DNA of 64,000 nucleotides from Burkholderiales bacterium (GCA_045810225.1 JBJMWI010000028.1:18947-82946), one strand, 5' to 3'. Positions 9,358 through 20,699 are shown, numbered from the stretch's first letter. A program made the numbers and translations. Notes: generated by a model not told the origin, from the sequence alone.

Positions 9358-11265
9358 ATGGGCGAAGCCGCCACTCGGGAGACGCTGGGCTTCCAGACCG
9401 AAGTCAAACAATTGCTGCAGTTGATGATTCACTCCTTGTACAGCAACAAGGAGATATTCCTGCGAGAACTGATTTCAAACGCATCGGATGCCTGCGACAA
9501 GCTGCGTTTCGAGGCGCTGACCGACCCCGGGCTGTTTGAAGATGACGCTGACCTGAAGATTCTTGTCTCGCTGGACCGTACTGCGCGGACCATCACTGTG
9601 ACTGACAACGGCATTGGCATGTCGCGTCAGGAAGTCATCGACAATATCGGCACCATTGCAAAATCCGGGACCCGGGAGTTTTTCGGGCGGCTCACGGGCG
9701 ACCAGGCCAAGGACGCCAGCCTGATCGGACAATTCGGCGTGGGATTCTATTCTTGTTTCATTGTCGCCGACAACGTTACGTTGACCACCCGTCGCGCCGG
9801 CCTCGGCAAAGAGCATGGCGTGCGCTGGGAATCCCGCGGCGAAGGTGATTACACCATCGAGATCGTCGAAAAAAATTCGCGCGGCACGGAGGTGACCCTG
9901 CACTTGCGTGAAGGTGAGGACGAATTGCTGGAAGGCTTTCGCCTGCAGTCGATCATCCGCAAGTATTCCGACCATATCTCCCTGCCGATCTTGATGAACA
10001 AGCAGGAATGGGACAAGGACAAGGGGGAACACGTTACCCGCGACGAGCTGGAGAAGGTCAATCAGGCTTCCGCCTTATGGGCACGGCCAAAGTCAGAGAT
10101 TACCGAAGAGCAGTACCGCGAGTTCTACAAACATGTGAGTCATGACTTTGAAGCGCCGCTTGCCTGGGTGCATGCAAAGGTAGAAGGAAAATCAGAATAC
10201 ACGCAGCTTCTCTACATACCCTCGCGCGCGCCGTTCGATCTGTGGGACCGAGAGCATCGTCATGGCATCAAGCTCTATGTGCGGCGCGTCTTTATCATGG
10301 ATGATGCCGAGCAACTCTTGCCTGCTTATTTGCGATTTGTACGCGGAGTAGTGGACTCCAACGATCTGCCGCTGAATGTCTCCCGTGAGATTTTGCAGGA
10401 ATCGAAAGATGTCGAAACCATCCGCAAAGGTTGCGTTAATAAGGTGCTGGGCCTGCTGGAGGACCTCACGCAGAACCAGAAGGAGAAATACACGGCTTTC
10501 TGGAAAGAATTCGGCCGTGTGCTGAAAGAGGGCGTGGGCGAGGATTGGTCGAACAAGGAGCGCATCGCCAAACTCCTGCGGTTTGCCTCAACGCATACCG
10601 ACAGCGAAGAGCAGAGCGTCAGCCTGTCGGATTACCTGGCTCGCATGAAGGAAGGGCAGGAGAAAATTTACTACATCACCGCTGACAGCTTTGCGGCCGC
10701 GAAGAACAGCCCGCACCTCGAAATTTTTCGCCAGAAAGGCATCGAAGTGTTGTTGCTGTCGGACCGTGTCGATGAATGGGTGGGATCGAATCTAACCGAA
10801 TTCGAGGGCAAACCGATGGCATCGGTTGCCAAAGGCGACCTTGATCTGGGCAAGCTGGCCGATGAGGACAAGAAAGAGCAGGAGAAGGAGGCTGGTGAGA
10901 ACAAGGAACTCGTCGAAAACATCGGGAAAAGCCTGGGTGATCGGGTGAAGCAGGTGCGCGTAACGCTAAGGCTTACATCATCGCCGGCCTGCCTGGTGGC
11001 CGACCAGCATGGGATGAGCGGCAATCTAGAGCGCATGCTGAAGGCGGCAGGCCAAACTGTGCCGGGCAGTAAACCTGTTCTGGAAATTAATCCACACCAT
11101 CCACTGGTACAACTGCTGAAAGGCGAAACGGACCAGGGACGTTTTGGCGACTGGAGCCACATCCTGTTCGATCAGGCCCTACTCGCCGAAGGTGGACAGC
11201 TCGACGATCCTGCGTCCTTTGTCAAACGCCTGAACGAAATGATGCTGACATTGGCTAAAAAGTGA
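9358..11265 (+). CDS. htpG: Molecular chaperone HtpG (Hsp90)
   Basis: 635 aa. N-terminal GHKL ATPase signature [39 protein letters not shown] and GQFGVGFYS, colinear with HtpG. Confidence 0.95.
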   Translation: MGEAATRETLGFQTEVKQLLQLMIHSLYSNKEIFLRELISNASDACDKLRFEALTDPGLFEDDADLKILVSLDRTARTITVTDNGIGMSRQEVIDNIGTIAKSGTREFFGRLTGDQAKDASLIGQFGVGFYSCFIVADNVTLTTRRAGLGKEHGVRWESRGEGDYTIEIVEKNSRGTEVTLHLREGEDELLEGFRLQSIIRKYSDHISLPILMNKQEWDKDKGEHVTRDELEKVNQASALWARPKSEITEEQYREFYKHVSHDFEAPLAWVHAKVEGKSEYTQLLYIPSRAPFDLWDREHRHGIKLYVRRVFIMDDAEQLLPAYLRFVRGVVDSNDLPLNVSREILQESKDVETIRKGCVNKVLGLLEDLTQNQKEKYTAFWKEFGRVLKEGVGEDWSNKERIAKLLRFASTHTDSEEQSVSLSDYLARMKEGQEKIYYITADSFAAAKNSPHLEIFRQKGIEVLLLSDRVDEWVGSNLTEFEGKPMASVAKGDLDLGKLADEDKKEQEKEAGENKELVENIGKSLGDRVKQVRVTLRLTSSPACLVADQHGMSGNLERMLKAAGQTVPGSKPVLEINPHHPLVQLLKGETDQGRFGDWSHILFDQALLAEGGQLDDPASFVKRLNEMMLTLAKK

Positions 11266-11283
11266 TGCTTTGACGCTTGTGTG

Positions 11284-12093
11284 CTACTTGCCAGTCCAGC
11301 GCGGCGGGCGCTTCTGCATGAAGGCATCGATGCCTTCCCCGACGTCCTCTGCCATCATATTGCATGCCATGACCTCCGCTGCGTACTCGTAGGCGGCTTC
11401 CATGCCCATCTCCATCTGGGTATAGAACATTTTCTTGCCCGTGGTGACGGCCACTGTGGATTTAGCGATGATGGCGTCCGCAAGCGCCTTGACTTCAGCG
11501 TCAAGGTGCTCCGCCGGCACAACGCGATTCACAAGACCGCGCTGTTTAGCCGTCGCTGCGTCGATAAAATCGCCGGTAAGCAGCATTTCCATGGCTTCTT
11601 TGCGCGATACATTTCGGCCAAGTGCTACGCTGGGCGTGGAGCAAAACAGGCCGACATTGATTCCGGATACGGCAAATCGGGCCGTGTCGGAGGCGACGGC
11701 AAGATCGCATTGAGCAACCAACTGACAACCCGCCGCCGTTGCAATTCCGTGTACCCGGGCAATAACCGGTTGCGGCAGATGCACGATTTTCATCATGACA
11801 TCGCTGCATTGGGCGAACAGTTTGTCGTAATAGTGCTTGCTTGGATTGGCCCGCATTTGCTTTAAATCGTGGCCAGCGCAAAAAGCCGGCCCGGAGCCCG
11901 CAATTACCACCACCCGCACCGATGTGTCTTTGCCAACGGCGTCCAGCATTGACTGCAGGTCCGTCAGCAACTCTTCGCTGAGCGAGTTGTATTGCCTGGG
12001 GCGGTTCAGCGTGATGGTTGCGATACCGCTTGTGTCCTGGCGTAGCAGGATCGGCTCGACATGGACTTGTTGGGCAGCTGCGGTGGCAGGCAT
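11284..12093 (-). CDS. Enoyl-CoA hydratase/isomerase family protein
   Basis: Crotonase fold blocks VVVIAGSGPAFCAGHDL, ARVHGIATAAGCQLV and FAVSGINVGLFCSTP. Confidence 0.85.
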   Translation of the reverse strand: MPATAAAQQVHVEPILLRQDTSGIATITLNRPRQYNSLSEELLTDLQSMLDAVGKDTSVRVVVIAGSGPAFCAGHDLKQMRANPSKHYYDKLFAQCSDVMMKIVHLPQPVIARVHGIATAAGCQLVAQCDLAVASDTARFAVSGINVGLFCSTPSVALGRNVSRKEAMEMLLTGDFIDAATAKQRGLVNRVVPAEHLDAEVKALADAIIAKSTVAVTTGKKMFYTQMEMGMEAAYEYAAEVMACNMMAEDVGEGIDAFMQKRPPRWTGK

Positions 12094-12155
12094 GGCGCTC
12101 TCCGCTAAGTGATGCGATGGACGAAATTATAGTCGCTGGTTAGGCGCGTTCAAGG

Positions 12156-15100
12156 TCAAGCCTGTAAATGAAATGCAGGCGGAGGCGATGCCTGCCCGTC
12201 AAGAAACTGCTCGAATGCTTCGGCACCCAATGGCTTGCTGAACAGAAAGCCCTGGATTTCATCACAGCCGTAAGCATGCAGGAATTCAAGTTGCGGCACC
12301 GTCTCCACGCCTTCAGCGACTACTTCCAGATTCATGTTGTGCGCCATGGCGATGATGCTGCGCGTGATAGAAGCGTCATCGCGATCGTCAGGCAGATCGC
12401 GGATGAATGAACGGTCTATCTTCACGCAGTCAATCGGAAAGCGCTTCAGATAGGCGAGCGACGAATAACCGGTACCGAAATCGTCGATGGCAATGCGCAC
12501 GCCAGTATCGCGCAGAGCCTGCAGCACCTTGATTGCCCCCTCGGCATCGCGCATGACCATACTTTCAGTAATTTCCAACTCCAGATTTTCGGGTGGAAAA
12601 CCGGTTCTCTCAAGCGCGCCGCTGACGCGCATCGCCAAGCCATCGTCATACAGTTGCCGGACCGACAGATTTACCGCTACGCGCAATCCGGCGTGGCCGG
12701 CATCGCGTAAAGCCTGCCCGTGGCGGCAGGCCTCAGTCAGCACCCAGTCTCCAATCGGTACGATCATCCCTGTTTCTTCAGCGATGCCAATGAAAGCGCT
12801 CGGTTGCATGAGACCTTTCTCAGGATTTTGCCAGCGCACCAGAGCTTCCATTCCCGCCACGTTACGCGACGAGACCTGCATCTTCGGCTGAAACTGAAGC
12901 ATGAATTCGTGCCGTTCCAATGCGCGCCCCAGGGAAGATTCTATGGATAGCCGCTCCCGGCCGTGCGCATCCATGTCAGGCGAAAAATATTGAAACCCGT
13001 TCTTGCCGGATTCCTTGGCCCGATACATGGCGACGTCGCTGTTGCGCAGCAAGGTCTGCAAATCGGTGCCGTCATGCGGACTGGTACTGATGCCGATACT
13101 TGCCGTAATGACGAATTCCTGCTCGTCGATCGTCAGCGGACGCGACGTTGCCTCAAGGATCTTGTTTGCCACGGCGCTGACTGCTTCAACGCTGGCGGCG
13201 TCCTGCATCAGGATCACGAACTCATCTCCGCCAAGGCGCGCGAGGACATCGCTGTCGCGCAGGCAGGTGCGCAGACGAGCCGCAATCTGCTTCAGCAACT
13301 GGTCGCCCGCTTCGTGTCCAATGATGTCATTGATGTTCTTGAATCGGTCGAGGTCGACCACCATCAGGGCGGATTTCAGGCCCTGTCGCTGGTGGATCGT
13401 AATTGCCTGCTCGAACGCGCGCTGAAAATGTGCACGATTGGGAATGCCGGTCAGCTCATCGTGATAGGCGAGATACTCAATGTGTTCCTCGGCGCGCTTA
13501 CGGTCAGTAATGTCGCGGATGATCAAGCTGGCGCACAGCTTGCCCGAGCGGTCGCGAAACGTGGTGGAGGAAACGTCCACCGGCACCCAGCCGCCATCCT
13601 TGCGGCGCATCTTAAGTTCGCCACGGGCACCCCCTTCGCGCCGGTGTTCTTCCACCATGGCCTCCACGCGAGGATCGTCCGGCTCGGTGAGGCCTTCCCG
13701 ACCGAGCTTGCGCAATTCACTTTCGGAATACCCTAGCAACCGGCACGCCTGTTCGTTGGCCGACAATATCCTGCCGTCCGAGCGCATCAGCAGTACTGCG
13801 TCAATACTGTGCTCGAACAGTGCCTGGTAGCGCGCTTCGCTCTCGCGCAGCGTGTCCACCAGTGCGCGCTGCTCGGTAATGTCTTCATTGACTGCTACGC
13901 CACCAACGATCTCGCCTTCAGCAGAGACGATCGGCGCGGTCGAATGCAGTACAGTCTTGCGGGTGCCATCGGAACATTCAACATCCAGCACTTCGTTGCG
14001 CGATGACTCGCCTCTGGTCAACGTGAGCGCCATTCCGCGATCGGCAGTTTGCGGCAATTCTTTTTTCCGGTCGGTGAAATAATGCAAATCTTTTTCGGCA
14101 TCGCCCCAGATCCGGGCGCTGGCAGCATTGCTGAGAACGACATGTCCCTGCTTGTCCGCCACCCGAACGCCGACCGGCAAAGTCTCGAACACTTGCCGCA
14201 GCATGCGCTCGTTGCGTCCCACCGAACGCGCCAACTCGTTGCGGCGGATTAATCCTTGCATGAGTAACCACGCCAGCAAGACAGTCGCGAGGGTAAAAGC
14301 AGCCAGTATCGCCACCACCACATTGACTTCATGCCGCCAGCCCGCCAGCACTTCATCCAGGCTCAGACCGACTTGTGCTGTCAAAGATGTGCCGGCTATC
14401 GGGCGCGCGCTGTAAATCCGGGGCACGCCGTCGATCTCGCTGACCTTGTGATAAGTACCACTAGCCAACGTCGTATTGGACCCGGTCGGAACGCCTAACC
14501 ATTTCGGAGCCTCGGGTGCGCGCGCGATCAACTCTCCGCGCTCGTGCATCAGGGCGCTGGCGCCCGCTCGTCCTACGTCGATGTTGTCAACTAGCGGTTT
14601 GAATGCGGCTGGCTCCAACGCGACCGCAACCACCCCGGCGAACTGGCCTTGCGTATCTTCGAGGCGTCGGGCGGCGACGACAAACCATCCGGCGTTACGT
14701 TGGTCTGTCGCCGGCTTACCGATATAGAGCCGACTGCCCGCGTGCGAACGATGCCAGCGGAAATAGTCGCGATCTGACAAATCAATGGGCGCTGCGGGAC
14801 GAATATTGGAGTCCTGAAGCAGCACGCCGCGCGCGTTGAGAACGAACAAGGTGCGAGCGTTGCGCAGTTGTGCGGCTTGTTCTGCAAGCAAAGCATGCAA
14901 AGCAGCCCCCGAGGGATCGCGAAGCACTGGCATTCGCTGCCAGGACACCGCGGTGTTGTTTAGCGTCTGGTCTACCGACTGCAACAGCCGCTCCGTGCGC
15001 TCGTCAACGATCTGGGCAAGGTACGCGCTGGTCCGTTCTCCATCGCGTATGGCCGCCTCACGCGATTTGCTTAGCATCAAAAATGCCAGCGCGAAAAGGG

Positions 15101-15197
15101 TGATGACCAGCAGAACGGCGAGTCCTGGGACAAGATAAAGCAGAAAACGCTCTCGCGGTTGCGGGCGCTCGTAGGACGAAAGGGGCTGAGGCGTCAC
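12156..15197 (-). CDS. Membrane sensor with periplasmic Cache-like domain, two PAS domains, GGDEF and EAL
   Basis: 1013 aa. An N-terminal TM segment, a periplasmic region of about 270 aa and a second TM segment come first. Two PAS regions follow, then GGDEF (RLGGDEFVIL). EAL domain has EALVRW, ELEITES, DDFGTGYSS, EGVE and QGFLF. Confidence 0.85.
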   Translation of the reverse strand: MTPQPLSSYERPQPRERFLLYLVPGLAVLLVITLFALAFLMLSKSREAAIRDGERTSAYLAQIVDERTERLLQSVDQTLNNTAVSWQRMPVLRDPSGAALHALLAEQAAQLRNARTLFVLNARGVLLQDSNIRPAAPIDLSDRDYFRWHRSHAGSRLYIGKPATDQRNAGWFVVAARRLEDTQGQFAGVVAVALEPAAFKPLVDNIDVGRAGASALMHERGELIARAPEAPKWLGVPTGSNTTLASGTYHKVSEIDGVPRIYSARPIAGTSLTAQVGLSLDEVLAGWRHEVNVVVAILAAFTLATVLLAWLLMQGLIRRNELARSVGRNERMLRQVFETLPVGVRVADKQGHVVLSNAASARIWGDAEKDLHYFTDRKKELPQTADRGMALTLTRGESSRNEVLDVECSDGTRKTVLHSTAPIVSAEGEIVGGVAVNEDITEQRALVDTLRESEARYQALFEHSIDAVLLMRSDGRILSANEQACRLLGYSESELRKLGREGLTEPDDPRVEAMVEEHRREGGARGELKMRRKDGGWVPVDVSSTTFRDRSGKLCASLIIRDITDRKRAEEHIEYLAYHDELTGIPNRAHFQRAFEQAITIHQRQGLKSALMVVDLDRFKNINDIIGHEAGDQLLKQIAARLRTCLRDSDVLARLGGDEFVILMQDAASVEAVSAVANKILEATSRPLTIDEQEFVITASIGISTSPHDGTDLQTLLRNSDVAMYRAKESGKNGFQYFSPDMDAHGRERLSIESSLGRALERHEFMLQFQPKMQVSSRNVAGMEALVRWQNPEKGLMQPSAFIGIAEETGMIVPIGDWVLTEACRHGQALRDAGHAGLRVAVNLSVRQLYDDGLAMRVSGALERTGFPPENLELEITESMVMRDAEGAIKVLQALRDTGVRIAIDDFGTGYSSLAYLKRFPIDCVKIDRSFIRDLPDDRDDASITRSIIAMAHNMNLEVVAEGVETVPQLEFLHAYGCDEIQGFLFSKPLGAEAFEQFLDGQASPPPAFHLQA

Positions 15198-15474
15198 GGA
15201 AATCGCAGTAAGATCAGTTTGTCAGTGTACCGCTTCTGTCTTTGCGTGCGAAGCGATCATCAGGCTCAGGAATTGGCATAAGGCTTCAAGCAAAGCATGG
15301 TCTCGCAATAGGGCTTTGTTTTTGGATAGACATTGGTGTTGTCATGACAGCACCAATCCGAACAGGTTGCGGCCATGGCCGCACTCCGGCTCCGAAATAG
15401 CGGCTCGAACGTCTTAAGCACTTTGCAGTAGTGCCTAGTCCGGTTCGGCGCCGGGGTGCGGCGGACCGACGTGC

Positions 15475-17130
15475 ATGCGAGGCGCCGGCATCGCCCAAAA
15501 TACACAAAGTCGAAAAATGCGGGAAACTACGCATACAACGAATAACGCTCACTCCGCGCTTATGTCTACACGCCCCCTCACCGAATTTCTGCATGCGGTA
15601 TCCGCGTTTCGTCGTTATACAAGCGCGCAACGGTTGCATGATTGGGAGCAGCGCTTTGCGTTTGGCCTCGGCGATATAGAGCAGGTTTTTGAAGCTGCAG
15701 TTGCAGCAGAGCCGCTGCTTTTTGCGCCCAAAGCGCAGGTGGTTGAACACTTCGAGGCGGGCCGATACATTTTTTCCGGGCCTGCTGGCGAGGTGGTATC
15801 TGCCAGTGCAGCACAAATTGCGCACCGGGTTCGCCGGCAATCGCTGTCGCCGGTGACGATTGCTGAAGCATTTCTCGCTCGCATCGAAGCGCATCGACAC
15901 CTGAATGCCTTCATTACTGTCAATCCTGCACTAGTCATGGAGGAAGCCGGGGTTCTCGCCCATCGTCTCAAGCGCGGCGAAGATCTCGGACCGCTTGCTG
16001 GCGTTCCGGTCGGGGTCAAGGACCTTATGTCGGTCAGGGGCTACCCGTTGACCGCAGGTACCAGGGCCATTGAAGGCAAGATTCAGGAACGGGATGCGCT
16101 CGTGGTGGCAAGACTACGGGCTGCCGGAGCGCTGATTGTCGGCACAACCAATCTTCACGAGCTGGCTTTTGGCATCAATAGCGCCAATCCGCATTTTGGC
16201 CATGTGCAGAACCCGCGCTATCCCGGTTACATCCCGGGCGGCTCGAGTGGGGGATCGGCCGCTGCAGTGGCCGCAGAACTCGTCGCCATCGGAGTCGGCT
16301 CCTGCACCGGCGGATCGATTCGTCTGCCGGCGGCCTGTTGCGGCATCGTCGGGTTCAAGCCTACCTACGATGCGGTTCCCCGTGAAGGCGTCTACCCGCT
16401 GGCCTGGTCGCTGGATCATATCGGGCCAATGACGCGCAATGTCGAAGATGCGGCCCTGGCTTTCGAAGTCATGGCGGGGTTGCCGGAACACAGCATGTTG
16501 CCTCGCGCTGCCATCAGCGCGCCGCGCATCGTGTTACCGCGCAACTTCTTCTACGACATGCTGCACGACGAAGTGCGAGCGGCCATGGATGCGGCACTTG
16601 CACGCTTTCGTGCCGCCGGCGCGGCGGTCGGCGAAGTCAACGTGCCCCGCATCGAGCTCGCGCCGGGCATTCAGTTGATCACCATCGCTTCAGAGGGCGC
16701 GCAATCCAACGCAAAACTGCTGACCGGGCATGCGGACAAACTGGGCGACGATGTGCGGTTGCGGTTGGAAATAGGCCAGTTTTATCTGGCCGTTGATTAC
16801 ATCAAGGCGCAACAGTTGCGCAACCAGGTGCGGCAATCGATGATCAACTGTTTCGGCGACGCTGAGGTCATGATTATTCCGGCCATGCCGGTACTACCGC
16901 CAAAAAGCGGGACCACTACGCTGGAATTGGGCGGCAAGACCATGCACGTTGCGCCGACATTGACGCGCTTTACTTCGCCCATCAACTTTTGCGGCTTCCC
17001 TGCACTATCGATGCCCTGCGGAAATTCTAAAGCTGGCTTGCCCGTCAGTCTGCAGATCGTCGGGCGTCCGGGGGCCGATGCCGCAGTGTTGCGCGTGGGG
17101 CGCTGGTGCGAGCAAGTATTGGCTGCATGA
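15475..17130 (+). CDS. Amidase (amidase signature family, GatA-like); start uncertain
   Basis: AS-family blocks GVPVGVKDL and [36 protein letters not shown]. The recognisable domain begins about 100 aa after the first possible start; the ATG encoding MSTRPLTEF (near 15562) is an alternative. Confidence 0.75.
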   Translation: MRGAGIAQNTQSRKMRETTHTTNNAHSALMSTRPLTEFLHAVSAFRRYTSAQRLHDWEQRFAFGLGDIEQVFEAAVAAEPLLFAPKAQVVEHFEAGRYIFSGPAGEVVSASAAQIAHRVRRQSLSPVTIAEAFLARIEAHRHLNAFITVNPALVMEEAGVLAHRLKRGEDLGPLAGVPVGVKDLMSVRGYPLTAGTRAIEGKIQERDALVVARLRAAGALIVGTTNLHELAFGINSANPHFGHVQNPRYPGYIPGGSSGGSAAAVAAELVAIGVGSCTGGSIRLPAACCGIVGFKPTYDAVPREGVYPLAWSLDHIGPMTRNVEDAALAFEVMAGLPEHSMLPRAAISAPRIVLPRNFFYDMLHDEVRAAMDAALARFRAAGAAVGEVNVPRIELAPGIQLITIASEGAQSNAKLLTGHADKLGDDVRLRLEIGQFYLAVDYIKAQQLRNQVRQSMINCFGDAEVMIIPAMPVLPPKSGTTTLELGGKTMHVAPTLTRFTSPINFCGFPALSMPCGNSKAGLPVSLQIVGRPGADAAVLRVGRWCEQVLAA

Positions 17131-17168
17131 CCGGTCGATATGCAAACGACAGGAGCAACTCAGTGAGG

Positions 17169-18092
17169 ATGGTATCAATGCTATTGATCGCCGCGGCCGG
17201 TGTGGCGGGTACCGCCGCCTCCGCCACACCATTGCAAGACTGCACGCAATCAAGTGTGCCTTCGGTGTGTCTGGACGCCAAGCTCAAGGCAGCCAACAAA
17301 CAGTTGAACGCGACGTTGAAAGCCGCACAAGACCGTATCGAGCAGCTGCAGGCGCAGGGCCGGCGGCCAGTACTGGGAACCTTCATCGACAGCCAGCGCA
17401 AGTTCAATGCTTATCGAGATGCTCAATGCGGCTGGCAGGGCATACGTGCGCCGGCAGGATCCACCAGCGCAGACTATGTGAAGGACTGTCAAATTCGGGA
17501 AACGCTGGCCCGCGAACGGCAGCTGGCGGAATTTCTCGCGGGAGCTGAGGTATCCAATGCCGGCGCGGATGGAACTACGATGGCGGAGGCCGACTCTGCG
17601 CCAGCAAATGTGGAGGTTTTGCCTTCATCGAATGCGACGATAGCGGATGCTGCTGTGGATCCCCCGAAAACAGCCTTGCCGGTCCCCGAGTCGCCTGCGA
17701 TCGAATCGCCTAAAGCGGCGGCGCCTTCGGACGGCTCTGCGCAGGCGTCCCGCGCCAGCGAATGGCGCCTGGTCAGGTGGGTGGCAAACGGTGCGGAAAA
17801 GATCATTCTCGGCGATTCTGCCATTACGCTTGCGCTCAATCCTTCAGGAAAAGTTGCGGGTAACGCCTCGCTGAATCGCTTTACCGGCAACTACCGATTT
17901 GACGCGGACGGACGTTTGCAATGGCCGCGCACCGGCTTCACCCTTACCAGGATGGCCGGACCGGCGCCGCTCATGGGACAGGAACGCGCCTTCCTGGATT
18001 CGTTGCGGCGCACGGCGCAGTATCGCGTGGAGGGGCCACAGCTGGTTTTGGAAAGTGAAGAGGGCACGACCGTGCTGACCTTCGCACGCTAG
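17169..18092 (+). CDS. Secreted DUF1311 (LprI-like)-linker-META domain protein
   Basis: Signal peptide MVSMLLIAAAGVAGTAASA. The N-terminal Cys-containing block (LNATLKAAQDRI..FIDSQRKFNAYRDAQC) resembles DUF1311. An Ala/Pro-rich linker follows. C-terminal WRLV..LNRFTGNYRFDADGRLQW..TLTRMAGP..ERAFLDSL is META/HslJ-like. Confidence 0.6.
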   Translation: MVSMLLIAAAGVAGTAASATPLQDCTQSSVPSVCLDAKLKAANKQLNATLKAAQDRIEQLQAQGRRPVLGTFIDSQRKFNAYRDAQCGWQGIRAPAGSTSADYVKDCQIRETLARERQLAEFLAGAEVSNAGADGTTMAEADSAPANVEVLPSSNATIADAAVDPPKTALPVPESPAIESPKAAAPSDGSAQASRASEWRLVRWVANGAEKIILGDSAITLALNPSGKVAGNASLNRFTGNYRFDADGRLQWPRTGFTLTRMAGPAPLMGQERAFLDSLRRTAQYRVEGPQLVLESEEGTTVLTFAR

Positions 18093-18121
18093 GCGCCATA
18101 AAAACATAACAACCAAAGGTG

Positions 18122-19066
18122 ATGGCAATGCAGAGCGGCATCAAACTGCAGGGACGTGAGCTTGCCAAAGGGCTGCGGTTTCCGGAAGGTCCCATTGCCA
18201 TGGCAGACGGGTCAGTACTACTGGTCGAAATAGAGCGCGGTACCCTGTCCCGCGTGGATCAGCAGGGAAGCATTCACATCGTGGCACAGACAGGTGGCGG
18301 CCCAAACGGCGCCGCAATCGGGCCGGAAGGCAAATGCTATTTGTGCAACAACGGCGGATTTCGTTGGCACTATGATGCCGACGGGAGCATGCGACCCGCC
18401 GGCCGGGCTGATGATTACTCGGGCGGGCGAATTGAACGCGTGGACCTCTCCACCGGAAAAATCGAAGTGCTCTACCGCGAATGCGACGGAGTGCCGCTCA
18501 AAGGGCCTAATGACATCGTTTTCGATGGTAAGCGAGGCTTCTGGTTCACCGACCTTGGCAAGGTTTACGGACGCCAGATGGATCGCGGTGCGGTCTACTA
18601 TGCGCGCTCGGACGGCAGCCTGATCAGGGAGGCCGTGTTTCCAATCATTACGCCAAACGGCGTGGGGCTCTCACCCGACGGAAACATATTGTATGTCGCA
18701 GAAACTGAAACCAGCCGCCTGTGGTCGTTTCGGATCATCGGCGAGGGCGAACTCGACAAGTTGCCGTGGCCGTCTCCGCATGGCGGAAAACTGGTGGCCG
18801 GCCTGCCGGGATACCAGCGTTTCGATTCGATGGCAATCGAGAAGAATGGCAACATATGCGTCGCGACGCTGATGCGCGGCGGCGTTACGGTGATCTCCCC
18901 GCACGGGGAAGTCGTCGAGTTTCATGAAGCCCCCGAACACTATTGCACGAATCTCGCGTTTGGCGGCGCTGGCATGCGCAAGGCATACCTGACCTTATCA
19001 AGCTACGGCGATTTGCTGGAAGTTGAATGGCCCCGTCCCGGGCTGCAGCTGCACTATCAAAACTAG
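18122..19066 (+). CDS. SMP-30/gluconolactonase/LRE family protein
   Basis: Six-bladed propeller family blocks EGPIAM..DGSVLLVE, PNGAAIGPEG, PNDIVFDGKRGFWFTD and PNGVGLSPDGNILYVAET. A GTG at 18119 is an alternative start. Confidence 0.8.
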   Translation: MAMQSGIKLQGRELAKGLRFPEGPIAMADGSVLLVEIERGTLSRVDQQGSIHIVAQTGGGPNGAAIGPEGKCYLCNNGGFRWHYDADGSMRPAGRADDYSGGRIERVDLSTGKIEVLYRECDGVPLKGPNDIVFDGKRGFWFTDLGKVYGRQMDRGAVYYARSDGSLIREAVFPIITPNGVGLSPDGNILYVAETETSRLWSFRIIGEGELDKLPWPSPHGGKLVAGLPGYQRFDSMAIEKNGNICVATLMRGGVTVISPHGEVVEFHEAPEHYCTNLAFGGAGMRKAYLTLSSYGDLLEVEWPRPGLQLHYQN

Positions 19067-19086
19067 AAACCGGAAGGAGCATTTGC

Positions 19087-19467
19087 ATGGAACATACCTT
19101 CAAGTTCTCTGTGAACCACACTGATAACAGCCCGTTCAAGGAGGACGGACTGCGTCCTTTTTTTCAGTATCGTGATCTTGGCATCCGCGATGCGACCAAC
19201 GGCGCCGTTTTGGCACACGTCATTCGAGCGAAGCCCGGGATGGAGGTGCACCCGGAGCGCCATCATCATGAAGTTCAATTTCAGATGGTGTATGTGCTCA
19301 AAGGATGGGTGAGATTCAGTTACGAAGGCGTCGGCGAAATCACGCTAAAGGCTGGCTCCTGCGTGCATCAGCCGCCCGGAATCAGGCACACCGAACTGGC
19401 GCATTCAGACGATTTGGAACTTCTTGAAATCGTCATGCCGGCGGACTTTGCGACCGCGCAAGACTAA
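19087..19467 (+). CDS. Cupin domain protein
   Basis: ATG at 19087 after GGAAGGAG. Cupin motifs HHHEVQFQMVYVLKGW and GSCVHQPPGIRH. Confidence 0.75.
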   Translation: MEHTFKFSVNHTDNSPFKEDGLRPFFQYRDLGIRDATNGAVLAHVIRAKPGMEVHPERHHHEVQFQMVYVLKGWVRFSYEGVGEITLKAGSCVHQPPGIRHTELAHSDDLELLEIVMPADFATAQD

Positions 19468-19509
19468 AACGCATTTCAGCATTTTGTTTCATCAAAAAGG
19501 AACAACAAC

Positions 19510-20124
19510 ATGGCACGCACACCAATCAATCCGGGAGTTATCGACTGGTCAGGAGAAAACCCCGGCATGTATCTGAAGGAGAAAGTTGACGGGCCGTTCG
19601 TCTCGCTCATCAGTTATTTTCGCGTAGTTCACTCTGCGCATGGCAAGGGACACGCCGCGTTCATGCTGCTGGATCCCTACGGTGATGGCAAAAATCCCAG
19701 CAAGCCGAATCTTTGCCTGACGGACAACGAACCGCTTGCGGACTACGTCAGGCAAGGGTTCGTGAGCTACTTCGGCGCCTTCAAAGGCGCCACTGGCCTT
19801 GGGCGCCTGCAGATAAAGCCGGCCTGGGATTTCATGGCGGGCGGTGACGGCACCAACGTGCATACCGAATGGTTTCGGTCTGCTGTCGGGCAAGTGCATC
19901 TGTCGTGGAACAAGCTGAGTGCGCCGTTTCTGGTCGAGTTCGACAAGGAGCATTCCGCAACCGGCAAGCATGAAATGATTTCACTGTTCGTCGATTCGCG
20001 CCAATGTGGCGCGACCATCAATGGCAATGCGGTTGCCGGGCAAGCGTTTCCGCGTGAGTTCGCCGGCAAAAAAGACAGCAGCACTGCTTTCCTGGCTTTC
20101 AGCGAGACATGGGTGAAGGCTTAG
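19510..20124 (+). CDS. Hypothetical protein (no family recognised)
   Basis: 204-aa ORF preceded by AAAGGAA, same strand as and tightly following the lactonase and cupin genes. Coding-like composition. No motif that I recognise. Confidence 0.55.
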   Translation: MARTPINPGVIDWSGENPGMYLKEKVDGPFVSLISYFRVVHSAHGKGHAAFMLLDPYGDGKNPSKPNLCLTDNEPLADYVRQGFVSYFGAFKGATGLGRLQIKPAWDFMAGGDGTNVHTEWFRSAVGQVHLSWNKLSAPFLVEFDKEHSATGKHEMISLFVDSRQCGATINGNAVAGQAFPREFAGKKDSSTAFLAFSETWVKA

Positions 20125-20165
20125 GAAACACCGAGAATGGGACGAGCCGAATAAATAGCAACTGC

Positions 20166-20699
20166 CTACCACACCCGGAGTTTCAACTGAATTGCCAAGG
20201 CTCCGTCGAACCGGTCTTTCACCGTGGGGATCAGGCTGATATTCGCGCCAAGCCACCGGCCTTCTATGGAAAGCACCGGCAGAGGTGCTACGAACCAGCC
20301 GCCATCGTGATAGTTCGGATAGCCGTCGAAGGCGCCGAGGACGATGCCCCCGCCGATGTGTACTCCCGCCAGATCCCAATGGAGGGGGCGCCACTGATAG
20401 GCAGCATAACGTGTCCGCCCGTCATTGCTGTTGATGTAAGTGCCGGCCAGCAATTCGTGATCGTTCGTTAAAGCGAACTCGGCGCCAAAGCCGATATTGT
20501 TATTGCGCAAGTCTTTTTCCGTATCGAAGTGGTACGAATAGACTCCAGCATTGAGCCAGATTTGCGGAAACGACGGCGGCGTGTCGTCTGCTGAAGCGCT
20601 GAACCCGAACAGACTCGAGCACAACGTAAATAGAATGCGCCAGCGGATGGCGCGGAGCGTTGTTGGTCGGTCCAATCTGGCCTCTTGAAGAATTGTCAT
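20166..20699 (-). CDS. Small outer-membrane beta-barrel protein, PagP-like (lipid A palmitoyltransferase family) - tentative
   Basis: Signal peptide ILFTLCSSLFGFSASA, alternating beta-strand pattern and C-terminal aromatic residue (..LKLRVW). Loose resemblance to PagP blocks (..NNNIGFGAEF.., ..APLPVLSIEG..ISLIPT). Confidence 0.45.
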   Translation of the reverse strand: MTILQEARLDRPTTLRAIRWRILFTLCSSLFGFSASADDTPPSFPQIWLNAGVYSYHFDTEKDLRNNNIGFGAEFALTNDHELLAGTYINSNDGRTRYAAYQWRPLHWDLAGVHIGGGIVLGAFDGYPNYHDGGWFVAPLPVLSIEGRWLGANISLIPTVKDRFDGALAIQLKLRVW

